A stretch of DNA of 64,000 bases, from assembly GCA_964658305.1 (NCBI GenBank), contig OZ210885.1, positions 18,910,001 to 18,974,000 of the forward strand, written 5' to 3'. The translations under genes were made by a program, and so were the position numbers. Under the pieces are notes generated by a model that saw nothing but the letters and a program-made list of their open reading frames with translations, had not been told where the DNA came from and made no database searches. Numbering within the stretch: the stretch's first letter is position 1; the number at the start of each line of letters is the position of its first letter. Below, piece by piece: positions 48,751 through 62,000 of this stretch. The DNA comes from Leptogorgia sarmentosa. Taxonomy: Eukaryota.

Positions 48751-50904
48751 TTGTTTTAACTTCACAGTAATTGTAAATTTGTAAACTTTACAGCAATAGT
48801 TTGTCCTAAAAACAGTATACATGAGCCGGGCCCCACTTTTGGTCAGGGCCCTGTGATAGTTGCCCCAGGAAACACACACACCCCCCTCTCGACCTGGACG
48901 AGGGCCTAACCATTTAATATGTTAAATGAGAAATCAATTCATAAATCGCATATATTATGTATGTTAAAACTCGTGTTTACATGTCAGTTTAGTGTAACAT
49001 AAACAGATGCAATTCGCCTTGGTCTTCGTAATAAGTCGCATTTACACAGGGTAAACACACACAATGAACTGAAAATTCAAAGAGTAGAAAATGTCTGTCA
49101 ACCAAGAGTTGCCAGCAAGGAAATGAAATATTTCAATTTCGCCCCCCATAATCCAGTATTCAAAAAGCTCCGGTATGAGAGTCACATTGTTGCAAAATTA
49201 TGTTAAAGTCAATGAACTGAATATAAGTTAAAGGACATTGGCAACGAAAATTTTTATTGCCTATTTCGAAAGTGTTACATCACCTAACAACAGATCTGGA
49301 TTTGCATTTGAATTCACCCTAAACCTGCATGTCATCTGCCATCTGGGATAAAAACCTCAAAAAATTATATCTTGCATAACATCACCCATTGACGTCATAA
49401 GATGGGTTTGACAAAAACAACATTATAGTTTTGTATGGTGTTCTGTATTGAGTGGTCTAAGTTGCAATGGAAAATTTATATGGAAAACTACTTCAATGGA
49501 AAATATTCATAAGAATCGAGTTGTGGGGGTACTACACCACCTATTTGAGCCAAACGTGTGAGGGAATGAAAGCAATCTAGTGATGAAATAGATTCAGACC
49601 AAAGCGGCGATCTGTCATTGATGAGGAAGTCATGTACAATAGCTGCACTAAGAACTTTACTATAGTGTCCTATAGCTATTATTTCCTAACATCAGACTTG
49701 CCTTAGTTTTTTTGATATTTCCTCAACTTTGTTGGTTATTAGCAATGAAAAATATTCAGATCATCATAAAAGAAGCAATCTGTCTTTATCTGATGTGGAA
49801 GTCGTTTACAATAGCAGTGCGCACTGAGGACTGAACCTGCGCTAAGGACTTGGCTTAGTTTTATTGATAATATTTTATCAACTCTGCTGGTCAATGACAA
49901 ACAGGTGTGACATATATCACATCAATACAGGTACACCTTTTGCAAACCGGCTGTAAATCAGATGCACTCATGTGATATGCAGCAGGGCATATGCAGTTAG
50001 TGCATATAAACCCAACCCAGTGATACAAACAAGCATTTTCGGTGCAAACTCAAATTTTACTCACATGACTCTCGGTAGTATTCACCTGTATAATCATACA
50101 GTAAGTTATAGTATAGTGTTTCTTACAGACAATAACGAGTTATTTCCACATTACAATATATAACATGTGTAAGCATGTGTGTTGTAAAGTATGTTTTGTT
50201 CTGAGGACTATATATGTTGTCAAAGTCTTAGCTTGTTTTAACAGCACAAACACACACATATATTTCAAATAATGCCATAAAAATATTAGCAGACACCTAA
50301 TACTATGCAACGACTTTAAATTATTGGTGGTTTTCCAGTATTTTTCGCTAAAATGATTTTAGAACAACAATGATAAAGTCATATAGATCGCATAGTTGTA
50401 TTTTGCATTGAATCCACCTTTCGTTTGTCGAAACTCCTACCCAAGTAACCCAAACTAGCATAGACCTTTTGAAGGTTGGAGTAACTAATTGTCTTCATAA
50501 AGCAGGAATTAATATCAACATTTTATCGGAGCTACAATACCTATTGATGAGAACAATCCAAGCTCAAACCCAATCAATAATATATCTCTTCATTACAACT
50601 ACTACAAGGAGAAGTTCAATCTTGTTGTAATTATCATGCAGAGTTAAAATATATGTTCATCCTTAATACTAGAGGAGCAGTGTAATCCATAGCCTTGATA
50701 GGGGGGTTCAAGATGAATTACCAAAATGTATTACATTTAGATATAGTTGAGACCTAAGACTGGGGTGGTGGAAAAGCCCACAAGCTAATGCCTCTTGACA
50801 GAAAACTGTTATAGCCTAATCACTGGTTGTGTATGGTTATCACAAATCTGCTATGTCAGGCCAGGTGATGGGTCTAACAGGCCTTGATACTGGTCATGTT
50901 AGAC

Positions 50905-52073
50905 TAGCCTGTGCGCAGTCTCAACAGGGGCGGGGGAACTATGGGATCAAATTAAACAATCAAATTTAACAAAAGGTTTAGGTAGAGACTGCGAATCGGC
51001 GGCCAAATGCTTGTTCTGGTCACATGGATTTCCCCCAAAATTATAGCATAAATTATCATAATTATCGTATCATATATCATACACGTGCACTGAGAGGTTT
51101 ATATATGAATCATGAATTAAACATGGCTGCGCTCTTGTGCATTGTCTGTGCGATGATTATTCAAAAGAAAGGAGATGTAAATCTAGTGCATAGGAAACGA
51201 GAAATAGCAAACCTTTTATTTGTTGTAAACCGCTTTTGCTGCATATTTGTCGTTCATGTCTGAATTTAATAAAGCAGCGAAGTAACCTCAAAAAGAAGCT
51301 GGAGGATGCAGATAATAAATTGTTAGTTGGATATCAAGAACAAAAGGATTTACAGTGAAGATGAAAGAGTCAGCAAAACGGTATTTATGCTTTAATGAGG
51401 ATTTGAGCTGTAATACTTTGGGCCCGTCTCATTTTACTCCTTACTTCGCGAGGACAGCGAAGTCTATACCAAGTTCCACTTTCACTTTTCCAATCAGTCC
51501 AATTCCGATTGCTGTGGTTCCTGCACAACCTTTAACAAGCTCGACTCCTGTTTCCCAACCATTACCACCAGCAGATGTACCTGCTGTACCAGCGACTAAC
51601 GTGACAGTGAAAGTACTATGGGAAAGCGGAACCAAACGCCGAATTTTACCAGCAGATTTGTGCTCACTAGGCAAGATGCTTTGTCGTGGGACTTATACAC
51701 AGATTGCAAGAGCAGCATGGCGAAATGAAAAGTTGAGACAACAATTAGTATTACTATTCCTAAAGGAGATTGATAATGAATGTACTGGTATGTGTTCTCT
51801 ATGAGAAGGCCCAGCCTGTTACGAAAAACAGCTAAGGAGGATATTGTGAAGTTTTCTCTCACAGCATACGAAGAAGAGCTGAAAGCGAGAGTGCCTCTCT
51901 TCAGAGGTGTATTATTGGCGGCATCCGTACGGAAGGACAAAAAAAAGAATTCAGATCCCTTTTGGATGCCAGCTGTTTGCATGGCTTCAGCAATTTGCTT
52001 GAAAAATGGATCTGCATATATGACAGCCATGCAACTGTTGAATACTATATTCATTCAGCACTCTGGATTGATG
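50905..52073 (+). mobile_element. Academ-like element left end with degenerate N-terminal coding region
   Basis: TAGCCTG start with CGCAGTCTC/GAGACTGCG hairpin; frameshifted KEIDNECTGMCS..PSLLRK..FS....EELKARVP; ends at GTAAGT donor. Confidence 0.55.
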
Positions 52074-52139
52074 GTAAGTTCATATGAGTACTAACTGCAA
52101 ACTCTGTATTGACCCCTATCCTCAAATAAAAGTTATTAA

Positions 52140-52260
52140 GGGACCAGTCATTAATAATGCCGGGTAGGGGGCCGGAGGAAATTCTGAGGGGCCACCAAAA
52201 ATTTTTGAGCAGTGAAGGGGGGGTCAATTTGAACATGAAGGGGGGCATCAAAAATAAAGT
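52140..52260 (+). mobile_element. Probable DNA-transposon terminus (family uncertain)
   Basis: TTAA followed by GGGACCAGTCATTAATAAT and G-run subterminal motifs, truncating the Academ-like relic. Confidence 0.4.
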
Positions 52261-52455
52261 CTATGGAATAGTTTGCAACATAAATTAATTCCAGATATAT
52301 TGTGTTCTACTTCTAAAAGTTGTGTTATACTCCTACTGTACATGGGAAATGGTCATCCTCATCGTCACTAGAATTTGATGTATTGTCTAAAGAGTCACAC
52401 ACTGCATTCGCAAATGCAGATTCGATGGACATTTGCTGTCCAGTTTTGCGCTTTT

Positions 52456-53778
52456 TTAAAACACTGGACCTCTTTGGCTGTCCATGTTGTTAACAGCCTC
52501 TTCTGCCATCTCTTTGCTTCCAGACACAAATACATTTTTTTCAATTAAAAGAAGCAGGCCTGATTTGAAGGTTTTCGGTTTTAGGGCCAACAGCTTTTCA
52601 GGTACAATGTCTGAATTGTTGATGGTAAAAGTAAAATCACCTTTGTCCACCTTGGCTATCATTTCCTGAGCATCGTCTGTCAATCCAATTATTTCTTGAA
52701 GAACCTTACAACAGCTTCTCAATTTTCGTTGTTCTTTTCTATTTGATGATTTGTGCTTATTTTCTTTCATTCTTCTGTTAGGGCGACTGTTATCGTGTTG
52801 GATGGCTTCACTTTCCAACACCCTTGTCCTTAAATAGCAAACATTCCGAAAAATGTCACCCTTTGCCTTCACCATCTTTGCATTGATTGCTGATAAATCT
52901 TTGATGATGTTCTCCAAAAAGAACAACTCGTTGGCTTTCCATGGCTTCACAGTGTTTTCCTTATCAAATAAGTTTGATTGCAGTGTTTTGCACTCAACAA
53001 TGAATGAGTCCACCTCTTGTATAATTCCTGCCATAAATTCTACACATCTTTCTGCTGGTTTCATGTCTTTTGAAGTCAGCATTACTTGGTCACCAACATA
53101 TTTCCTCATATTTTGCCAATGTCCATCTTTAGATTCAGTCAACCCTATCTTGTATAACCTCATACTATCCAACCTTTGTTTGATTTTCGATTGTGACTGT
53201 CTCTGACCAGTAACATACAATATGAAAGCATCATGTGTCATCAACTCATAAGAATCATTGAACAGTTCATAGAGTAGTTCATTGTAAAACTTGTGTTTCT
53301 CTGTGATAGGATTTGGTATCAATAACCTCGATGCAATTGAGGCTGACACTACACAACAAACAGATATACAAAATATTGATTATTATTAAATCACCAGAAC
53401 TGCAAAAATTAAAAGAGAAAACGGCTATTGTGGACTGGGTCATATCTTCACACGTTTACCACAATGAAATCAAACACTAGGGTACCTACATTTCTGAGTT
53501 TTGTTTGAGCTTTTCTTTGCATCTTTATCCGCGTATTCTTATCCGTTTGAATTGCCTCTTGTAGAACGGATAGCTAAAAGAGCCTTCAATCGCTTGAGGT
53601 GCCCTATTTTCTTGATTCCGATCACTAGTGCCTGTTCTAATTCATCTGGTGTCATCTCTAGCAACTGTTTCATGTCATTGTAGCCCTCCCTGTCGAAGCT
53701 TGACCAGTATTGTAGAAAATTATTTTCTTTCAAAAATAGATAAACATCATTTGCACTTTTCGTTGAATCAATATTCAT
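52456..53778 (-). pseudogene. Two-exon gene: N-terminal SAM domain plus uncharacterised helical/basic domain; stop in exon 1
   Basis: VYLFLKENNFLQYWSSFDREGYND..LLEMTPDELE..IGIKKIGHLKRL SAM pattern; GT near 53489, AG before 53349; ~297-codon open second exon. Confidence 0.7.
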
Positions 53779-53900
53779 ATCTTGCCAATTTCCATACCAA
53801 ACAACAGATTAATTAACAGGCAAATATTTGCAATGCAACTATTTAATTGAATATGTTTGTTTTTGTGTGAAACATACTCAATGCGGTTTAGATACACTAT

Positions 53901-55480
53901 TATGGTGGCAGAGAACTGCCAATATTTTTTCCGTATTTTTTTGAGAAATAAATCAAAAGCAAAATGCCTTTTAAAATAAAATGAAAAAAAAACAAAAGTG
54001 GAATAAAATGAAATAATATAAACTGAAATAAATATAACTTTAAACTGAAATAAATTCAAATTGAAATAAAAATCATTTTCTTTATCGGCCCATCGCTGCC
54101 AATACCATGATTGTTTTTGAACTGAGTAATTCTTTAACCTAAAATAGTTCATGTTATTCTTCATGTTAAACTTCACTATACGTATGATCAACACATAGCA
54201 CGTGTGCAATTGTCAAGTCACTCAAGTGTCAAACAGTGTTGTCAATACCAAGATGTCACAGTGGAAAGATTTTGCAAAGAAAATGAAAGCTAAACGTACA
54301 GCAAAGGGAAAGAACCACAAAGGAGCTGGTTAAAGATGAATTGGTAGTGCAGCAGATGAGCTCAGACTTGAGTGGTAACGCTCAAAAATACAGTAGAATT
54401 GGGCCACAAGAATTCGTTCCATTTGACATGTACGAAGAACTGACACTAGAAAATGTTAGAGAAGCTTGTCAAAAGCATTTTGCCAAACGCCTTGAAAAGG
54501 GCATGGTTTGCGATGTCTTAGCAGGAGATCAACGCCCTTCCTGTCGAAAGTTGGAGCATCTCCCCGATCAAAAATTGTTTTACGTGCATTTTGTAAAGCG
54601 CACATATGAAGTGGAGGAAGATGAAATTTAATTTGAACGAAAATACGATAGGCTTGACAGTGACATGCGTGTTAATAGTTTTACTGTAAGTATATGCCTA
54701 CACTAATTATTTAAATAGAAATTAAATTTACGTCAGCATAACGAGCTGTCTGAGCTTCTTTGTCTCCATTTGAGTACCCCCTCTGTCCACTATATGGAAA
54801 AGCATGGTAGGATACCCGGCCACATTTAAGTATTCTATTGTTAGGGTCAGTATTTGCTAAGTTAGGGATGGATATGCTGTTGAAACTGTGTGTTACCAAA
54901 TATTTTTTTATTAAAGCCTTCAAAGAGACAAAGGTATTCTGAAGTACCCCTCTCATTACCAACTGGAAAGAGCCCAGAAAAAGTGTTGCTCACCCAAGAA
55001 GGCTTTCTGTTGTTGAAATGCTGAAGTTGGGTAAAAAGTAATTATGAAGAGTTCCCAAACCTAGATCAATCTGTCAAGCTTTGATATAGCCAAAATGGAG
55101 TGGGCCCCATTACAAAATCCAATTAGCTTCCACATTGAAGAAGACCAATTTGCAAGTGGTGGGTTTAGAAAGGCATATAAAGCCAAAAGTAATTCACCAG
55201 GTTTTGGAAGTAGTACCTGGGTTGTTAAAAGGTATCTTTCAAGTGCTCTCAAAGATATCAAAGATAGTGGGCAGTCAGTTGAGGAACATACAAAAAAGTC
55301 TGTTCAAATTTGCCTGGCTAGGAATTTCTCCCTTCAACTGAAAGAGAAAGTAGAAAATGAGAAGCTAGAAGAATTTGGCATCATGCTGGAGTTTAAGAAG
55401 GTGTACATGGGTCAAACTGACAATGGTGAATATGTCATGGTGGAAGAATACATTGATGGTGATTTTGTTAAATACATTAA
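53901..55480 (+). pseudogene. Alpha-kinase (eEF2K/TRPM6-7 kinase-like) gene from ATG 54253, frameshifted and truncated, behind an IS3EU-like terminus
   Basis: FASGGFRKAYKA, WVVKRY, LARNF, VEEYIDGDFVKYI; TATGGTGGCAG at 53901 followed by AT-rich repeats. Confidence 0.8.
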
Positions 55481-55576
55481 AGTGTTTATGAAACAAAATT
55501 TGAATATGTGATATTTTTACATGATATAGTACTTTAAGAGGTGCTGATTTTCGTGAGCTCCTTCTCTTCTTGGAAG

Positions 55577-56239
55577 ATGGCATTTTGCCTTCGGTTTTGG
55601 AACGACGATTCAAGCGAGAAATTTCCTTAGATACCTGGTAAGTACCACACACATTGGAAATTGATCAAGTTTCGAAAATTCACACTAGATCGTTACTTGT
55701 CGTCTATAGTTGCACTTGTGGAAATTGTAATGTGGAGCATTTAGTTGGGTATCGTGAATTTCACTGTTGTTCTGAGGTGGCAGAAATTACTGGAAAATTT
55801 ACATTCATAGGTCTGAATCGGGACTGTGTCTTGAATCATCCAGATTATGGTCCATTAACACAAGAAGCTGTACTTTTACAAGCTGGGCCACTTTTACGCA
55901 CCAAATCTGGAACTTACCATAAACAAAAGGACCGATTGAATGATGCTCAGAACAAGTTAGTAGGCTTGCGGATGGGAAATTTAGTCCTTAATACACTATA
56001 AAAATCTGACATTTTACTATCATATTGTACTGAAGTAATAAGTGTTGTTTTCTCTATATTTGAGATTTCTGAGAGCGGTTTCATATCGATGGTTAGCTCG
56101 GTGGCTTTTCGGTCGTATAGGATGGGAAAATACACGGCCTTTGCCAGCATGTATTTATCACAATGTAAGAACTAGATTTTTGACATATGAATCGAGAGGC
56201 TATGTATCAGAACAAGAACGTGCCGACCCTGATAACTGA
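55577..56239 (+). pseudogene. P2X7 C-terminal-like (nanor-like) Cys-rich protein
   Basis: CTCGNC..EFHCC..CVLNHPDY and LRAVSYRWLARWLFGRIGWENTRPLPACIYHNVRTRF. Confidence 0.8.
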
Positions 56240-56419
56240 GTGTATTTGTGTTATAATATTTCTATCATATTGTGTTTTAACGAGTGTTTTAAGTTATACC
56301 TTTGTTTACAAAGGTTTAATGTAATTACTAATAATCATGCAGGGCAATGAGTTTTAGGATGGCCCTTCATTGGCTTATCACATTTTTTACATTGTCTTGC
56401 TTTCCTCTTTGCTGCTGGC

Positions 56420-58660
56420 CCAGTGGTATTTGATATAGCCAGCTGAATTCCATGTAATCGGATTTGTTCTGAAGCTGTAAGAGGAATAGGTTGTTAATTC
56501 TGATGTGTTCACCCACATGTTGTACTTGTACCCACTGTGTGTAAGGTTGCATAAAGATACCAATCTAAATGGAGAGTTTGATTGGCATATTTTCTGCTCC
56601 CTTTCAAAAATAGCTATCTCATTTATCAGTTCAGGGCAGATCCACTCAACCTGCTAATGTTTTTGCAAATTACGACAATTTTGCTTATTACATGCATAAC
56701 AAACTTCCATTGTATAACACATTGCCTTGGGAGGTACAGTGGCTGGGATATAATGCACACAGCAAATTGACATTGTGATTTCTACCAGTGTTCTCAAATG
56801 AACCAAGTAGCAATAAATACCATATGTTGGTGGTACAGTCACTTCCCTCACAACTTCTTCACCCATTTTGAACTTGGGGTAGGTGACATTGATGTAATCC
56901 ATCCCATCTTTCTTTTTCTTTGTGGAAACCCTCTAAACAACTTGTATCAGCATTTGGGGAAAGCTTCTTGATATCATTCAACAAGCTTTTTTTTGTCAGG
57001 ATGCCCTGCATGTTCTCATATGCTAGTGTACCTGTAACCAAATTAGCTTAAATTTGCGATCTACTTTGGCAATGGTTTGCCATTAATAGTGGTTATCTGA
57101 ATAAAAAGCAATGGAGAACCTAAAATAGGGAGAACAGGAGCATTATATTTCTTGAGGGATATAAACATTGGTTGGTAGAGATGTTTGAATATAATTATAC
57201 CTTTCTTGATCCAATCTCGTGGCTCAATATCATCATCATGAGCACACTTGGGAAATAGTACACTGGGATGCCCTGTGTGATTATTTGAAACATGGTGTAG
57301 TAATGACGTCCATTTAGCCAATATCATTGCTTCAAATCCTTCTGTAGTAGATGTAGAACACCAATAAATATGGTTTTCAACAGCTGGAATCCATTCTCCA
57401 ATTATCTCACTCCCCTTCTTCTTGCTGGCTGCAAACAGTTTCTTCCCAACACTTTTAGCAACATGCCATTGGTCAAAATAGTGGGTTGTTGAAGGGTTGC
57501 ATTCTCTTATCCACTTGGTGATCCCTTTATGGCGGTCCGAGACAAAAACATTAACAGGAATATCATTACGCTGCAAGTAGCCAAAGTATAACTGGGCACC
57601 CTTCAGCTTCATGGCATTGCTACTTCCTGTCTGATTAGCCTGGAAGGAATGAAATTATTCATATTAAAAAATAGTACTTCAATTGAATCACACAATCCTA
57701 TGAACTTCCATTTTACACACAGATTTATGCATTCTAATAACTACAAGATAAAGGATATAAAAAAATGACCAGACATATATTCACATCATATTTCATCTAT
57801 CAAAGAACCCGCAGCAATTGCATAGTAACTGAACTAAACAAATTAAATCTGAAATTACCTGTAGTAATTCAAAATGAACAATTTTCATTTCTGGTGATGT
57901 GAAGAGTGTATACACCCCACATTTGGCTGAATGTCCCATAGAATCGAATCTGCCATCCCCTGCCCAGGTGACATTCTGAAGGCCTTTGATTTTACCCATG
58001 AGGGCAGACTGGTTTGTTTCCCAATGTTGCAACATTGCAGGAAAAAGAAACCTGCTCTGATGGTAAAAGAATGTTCTAATGTTATATGCACACAATTTCA
58101 TGTGCCTAAAAACAAGTAATAACTTGCTAATAGATGCACCAGACATCAATGATGAGAAACTCAGGAGTATCTGCTGGGTATCTTCCTAAAATAAAAGGCT
58201 GACTTCTCCAGGTAAAGCCAGCTTTACATGTACAGCATGTTTGGAGAACAGTTACCATAGTACCATTGGTTGTCATCAGAACTTTAGGCTGGGCAGCTTT
58301 ACAATTGAGACACAGGGTGGGGAAAGTTGCCATCGGGCGGCTATACAATACGTTAAGTTGTACCTTTGTTTACAAAGGTTTAATGTAATTACTAATAATC
58401 ATGCAGGGCAATGAGTTTTAGGATGGCCCTTCATTGGCTTATCACATTTTTTACATTGTCTTGCTTTCCTCTTCGCTGCTGGCCCAGTGGTGTCATCAGA
58501 ACTTTAGGCTGGGCAGCTTTACAATTGAAACACAGGATGGAGAAAATTGCCATCAGGCAACTATAGAATACAATAAACTTTGGCTCGTCTTGCGGTGGGG
58601 TACTGGAATCGACTCTAAAATTAATTGCCTATTTAATACCACATTATCAACTGCATATAA
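56420..58660 (-). pseudogene. Kolobok-type DDE transposase, spliced, degenerate
   Basis: FIVFYSCL..CFNC, GDGRFDSMGHSAK, SDRHKGI, HYFDQWHVAKS, NHIYWC, TSCLEGFH. Confidence 0.82.
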
Positions 58661-58672
58661 AAAACATATGGA

Positions 58673-59047
58673 TGTTGTAACTCCCGCACACTTCGCACCA
58701 GGGACTCTTGGAGTTTTTCGTTCTAACTGACACCCAGCACAACACAAATTCACCGCAGGAAACGCAAGTTCAACTTTATGAATATGTATTATGACTGATC
58801 GATGTGACGTAAACTAAAAGTGATACAATCTCAATATAATAACAACAACAAATAGGACTCAAAGTCAAATGTTAGCCTACCGATTTTTCCCAATATAGTC
58901 CCCAGACGCACTAGTACAAATACAAGTACAAATAACAGTATAGTTCAGATTAATGTTCGCTACCGACGCTACGCACAACTCGTGTCAACTCGTGTCCGCC
59001 AGAAAACTGGCACTAATTTTATAGCCGCTGTGCCAAGGGCACTTACA
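58673..59047 (-). repeat. 3' LTR of second BEL element
   Basis: Minus strand PPT TAGGGGAGCCA then TGTAAGTG; ends ACAACA at 58673 (far end inferred because the partner LTR is outside the window). Confidence 0.7.
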
Positions 59048-59076
59048 TGGCTCCCCTAAATTGGTACAATTTACAT

Positions 59077-62000
59077 TTAGCTCTTTGGCGGGGAATCGTC
59101 AATTTCTCTCTCTGACTTCAGTAGTAATATGAGTTTCTGGACGGGTCGTACTAGTAAGGATTGTTGGTGCACTCTTCGACCGTTCTTGTCCAACTCTGGA
59201 TCACCCACGGTAACCTTCACGTTACGTACCAAGCCGTCGTCGTCCTGATGCGCTTCCTCAACGCGTCCTGTCTTCCAACGATTACGCACCGTTCCTTCGT
59301 CTTTCAACAACACGATATCTCCCTGTGCCATGTTCCGACGTGGCACGTTCCACTTTTGTCTGGTCTGTAGCGCCAACAAATAACTTTTTCTCCACCGTTC
59401 CCAGAAATAATTTGCGAGGTATTGAACTCGCCTCCATCGCTTTACAAGGTACAAGTCAGTCCTCTGAAACTCTCCAGGTGGCGCCATTAGAACACGCGTC
59501 TTCATTGTTAGTAACTGGTTTGGGGTCAATGGTCCTTCTTCGCAATTATGCAATCCAGCCATCGGACGGCTATTTACGATGCTCTCGACTTCACAGAGCA
59601 ATGTACGCAAAGACTCGTCATCTAGTTGGGTTCCATGTCCTTTGAGGAGTCCGTCAAGCACGTTTCGTACGGTCCTGATCATTCTTTCCCAAACGCCTCC
59701 GGCATGGCTTGCGGTGGGAGTGTTCAATTTAAATTCGAACCAATCGCACTCTCGCTTGAGCAGAAACTGTCGCACTTCGTTCTGATTCATTTGTTTCAAC
59801 ATGTCTCGTAGTTCGTTTCGCGCTCCGACCAGGTTTGTTCCTTGATCACAACGCAGCTGTCTAATCGGACCTCGTCGCGCAAGAAAGCATCGCAGAACGT
59901 TGATGAAGGAATCAGTTTCCAACGTTTTTGCCACCTCAAGGTGAATGGCACGCGATGACAAGCAGGTAAAGACGACGCCATACCGCTTGAATTCCTTTCT
60001 TCCCTCCTTAATATGCCATGGGCCAAAGTAGTCGACCCCGCAGTATGTGAATGGAGCTTCTTCTTCCATTCTGTCGGTCGGCAGGTTCGCCATTTTTTGT
60101 TGTTGGACCACACCTCGACACTTCTGACATATTACACAGTTGGAGATTTGATAGCCTATAGAGGAGCTACCGCCAATCACCCAGTATCCGTTCGCTCGTA
60201 ATTAGTTTAGTGTCATGCCTCGTCCTTGATGGCCAATTCGCTCGTGATGGTAACGCAAGACAAGGTTCGTCACATGTCCTCGTCTGGGCAGGATGATGGG
60301 ATGTTTCACGTGTTCGGGTAGACCAGACTTCGTTAATCGACCTCCGACACGCAAGATACCGCTAGGATCAAGGAACGGGTCCAGCCGGTAGAGACAACTG
60401 GCTTTCTTCAACTTGGTCTTGATTGTGGCCTTTTTCTTTCGATCGGCATTTTCTCCTTGCAACGAGCGGAGTATTTTCATTTCTTCGCAGAATTCCTGCT
60501 CTTGCACCATACGTATGATTTCCAACTCAGCACTTTGAAGATCTTCTATGTCGATTCTTTGCTTACTGGTCGTCGTTTCTTCAGGGTTATCACGGTTGCG
60601 AACGCGTTGCTTCAAGCGATTCTTCAGATTCGTACAATTGGCGATAGCACGTTTCGCTCGATGCCAAGAGGAGAAGTACTTTAGACGTTCAGTTATCGAC
60701 GAATGTTCACTCTCGGTTACTTTAGTTGCAAGCGCCTTTATCCCTTTTACTTCGGGGTCATTATCTGCAGGAATCCACTCTTGTTTGACCGGTGGTTGAA
60801 TTTCGCGTTGCCAGAGAAAGGACGGGCCGTTCAGCCATCGACTGTCTCCAGTGAGCTGTTCGGAGGTTAAGCCTCTAGAGGCATCATCCGCTGGGTTGTC
60901 TTCGCTCTCTACATAGTGCCACTGTTCGGGTGACGTGGCGTTTCGGATTTGCTGAACGCGGTTGGCCACGAACACTTGGAATCGTCGTGAATCGTTGTTG
61001 ATGTAACCCAGCACAACTCTGCTGTCTGACCAGAAAACATTGACTACATTGTCGTACGTCAATTCGTTGTTAAGCATGGTGCTCACCTTGACTGCGACAA
61101 GGGCGGCAGATAACTCAAGTCGTGGAATCGTGACGTGCTTCAAAGGTGACACTCGAGATTTTCCCATAAGGAAGGCACAATGAACTTCTTTCTTCACGTT
61201 TACGAGACGGATGTAAGAGCATTGTCCGTAACCAGTGGTGCTCGCGTCCGCGAAATGATGCAACTCTACTGTAGTCGCTTCTTCGAACCCGGCAGGCGTT
61301 AGACATCGTGGAATTCGTATCCTATCGAGCATGAGCAACTCGCCTCTGAATTTCTCCCATCTGGTACGTATCGCATCTGGAATAGGATCGTCCCATTCGG
61401 CTTGATCTCGGCAGAGATCCTGGAGAATTTGTCTTCTGGTCAGTAGAAGAGGAGCGGCAAAACCCAAGGGATCGTATATTGAACTAATGGTTGACAATAT
61501 TCCGCGGCGGGTTAAAGGCTTGTCGGAAAGTGTAATTCGCAGCATGAAGGAATCCGACTCGATGCACCATTGTGTTCCCAGCGTCCGTTCTATGGGCAGA
61601 GTACCGTTAGTGAAATCAACATTCTTCAGGGTTGCCGCTTGATCGTTGGGAGGAATAGCGGATAGCACCTCTTGCAAGCTTGACACAAACTTATGCAACC
61701 GCAGTCCCTTACGGGAAAGCATGTTCTTTGTGTTCTGAATCATCGATACAGCATCTGGAACAGATTTTAACGACTTCAATCCGTCGTCGACATAGAAATC
61801 TTGTTTCACAAAGTTCGCAACTTCGTCGCCGAATTCTTCCTTATATTCCTCGGCTATGGCCTTCAGCCCGTAATTTGCGCAACCGGGTGACGATGTCGCG
61901 CCGAATAGGTGAACGGTCATTCGTTCAAAGGTCACCGTCCTTCCACCATAGAAACCTCAGGTAATTCCTGTGTTCGACGTTCACATGAAATTGGTGGAAC

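Larger units (their letters stand above)
55481..58672. mobile_element. KolobokP-like DNA transposon, degenerate, cut by a BEL insertion
   Basis: Begins after TTAA (55477-55480) with AGTGTTTATG; convergent P2X7-C-like gene and Kolobok-type transposase. Confidence 0.72.

Noticed and set aside
48800..50900. Possible host gene or regulatory region
   Set aside because: No ORF, exon chain or repeat structure I can support
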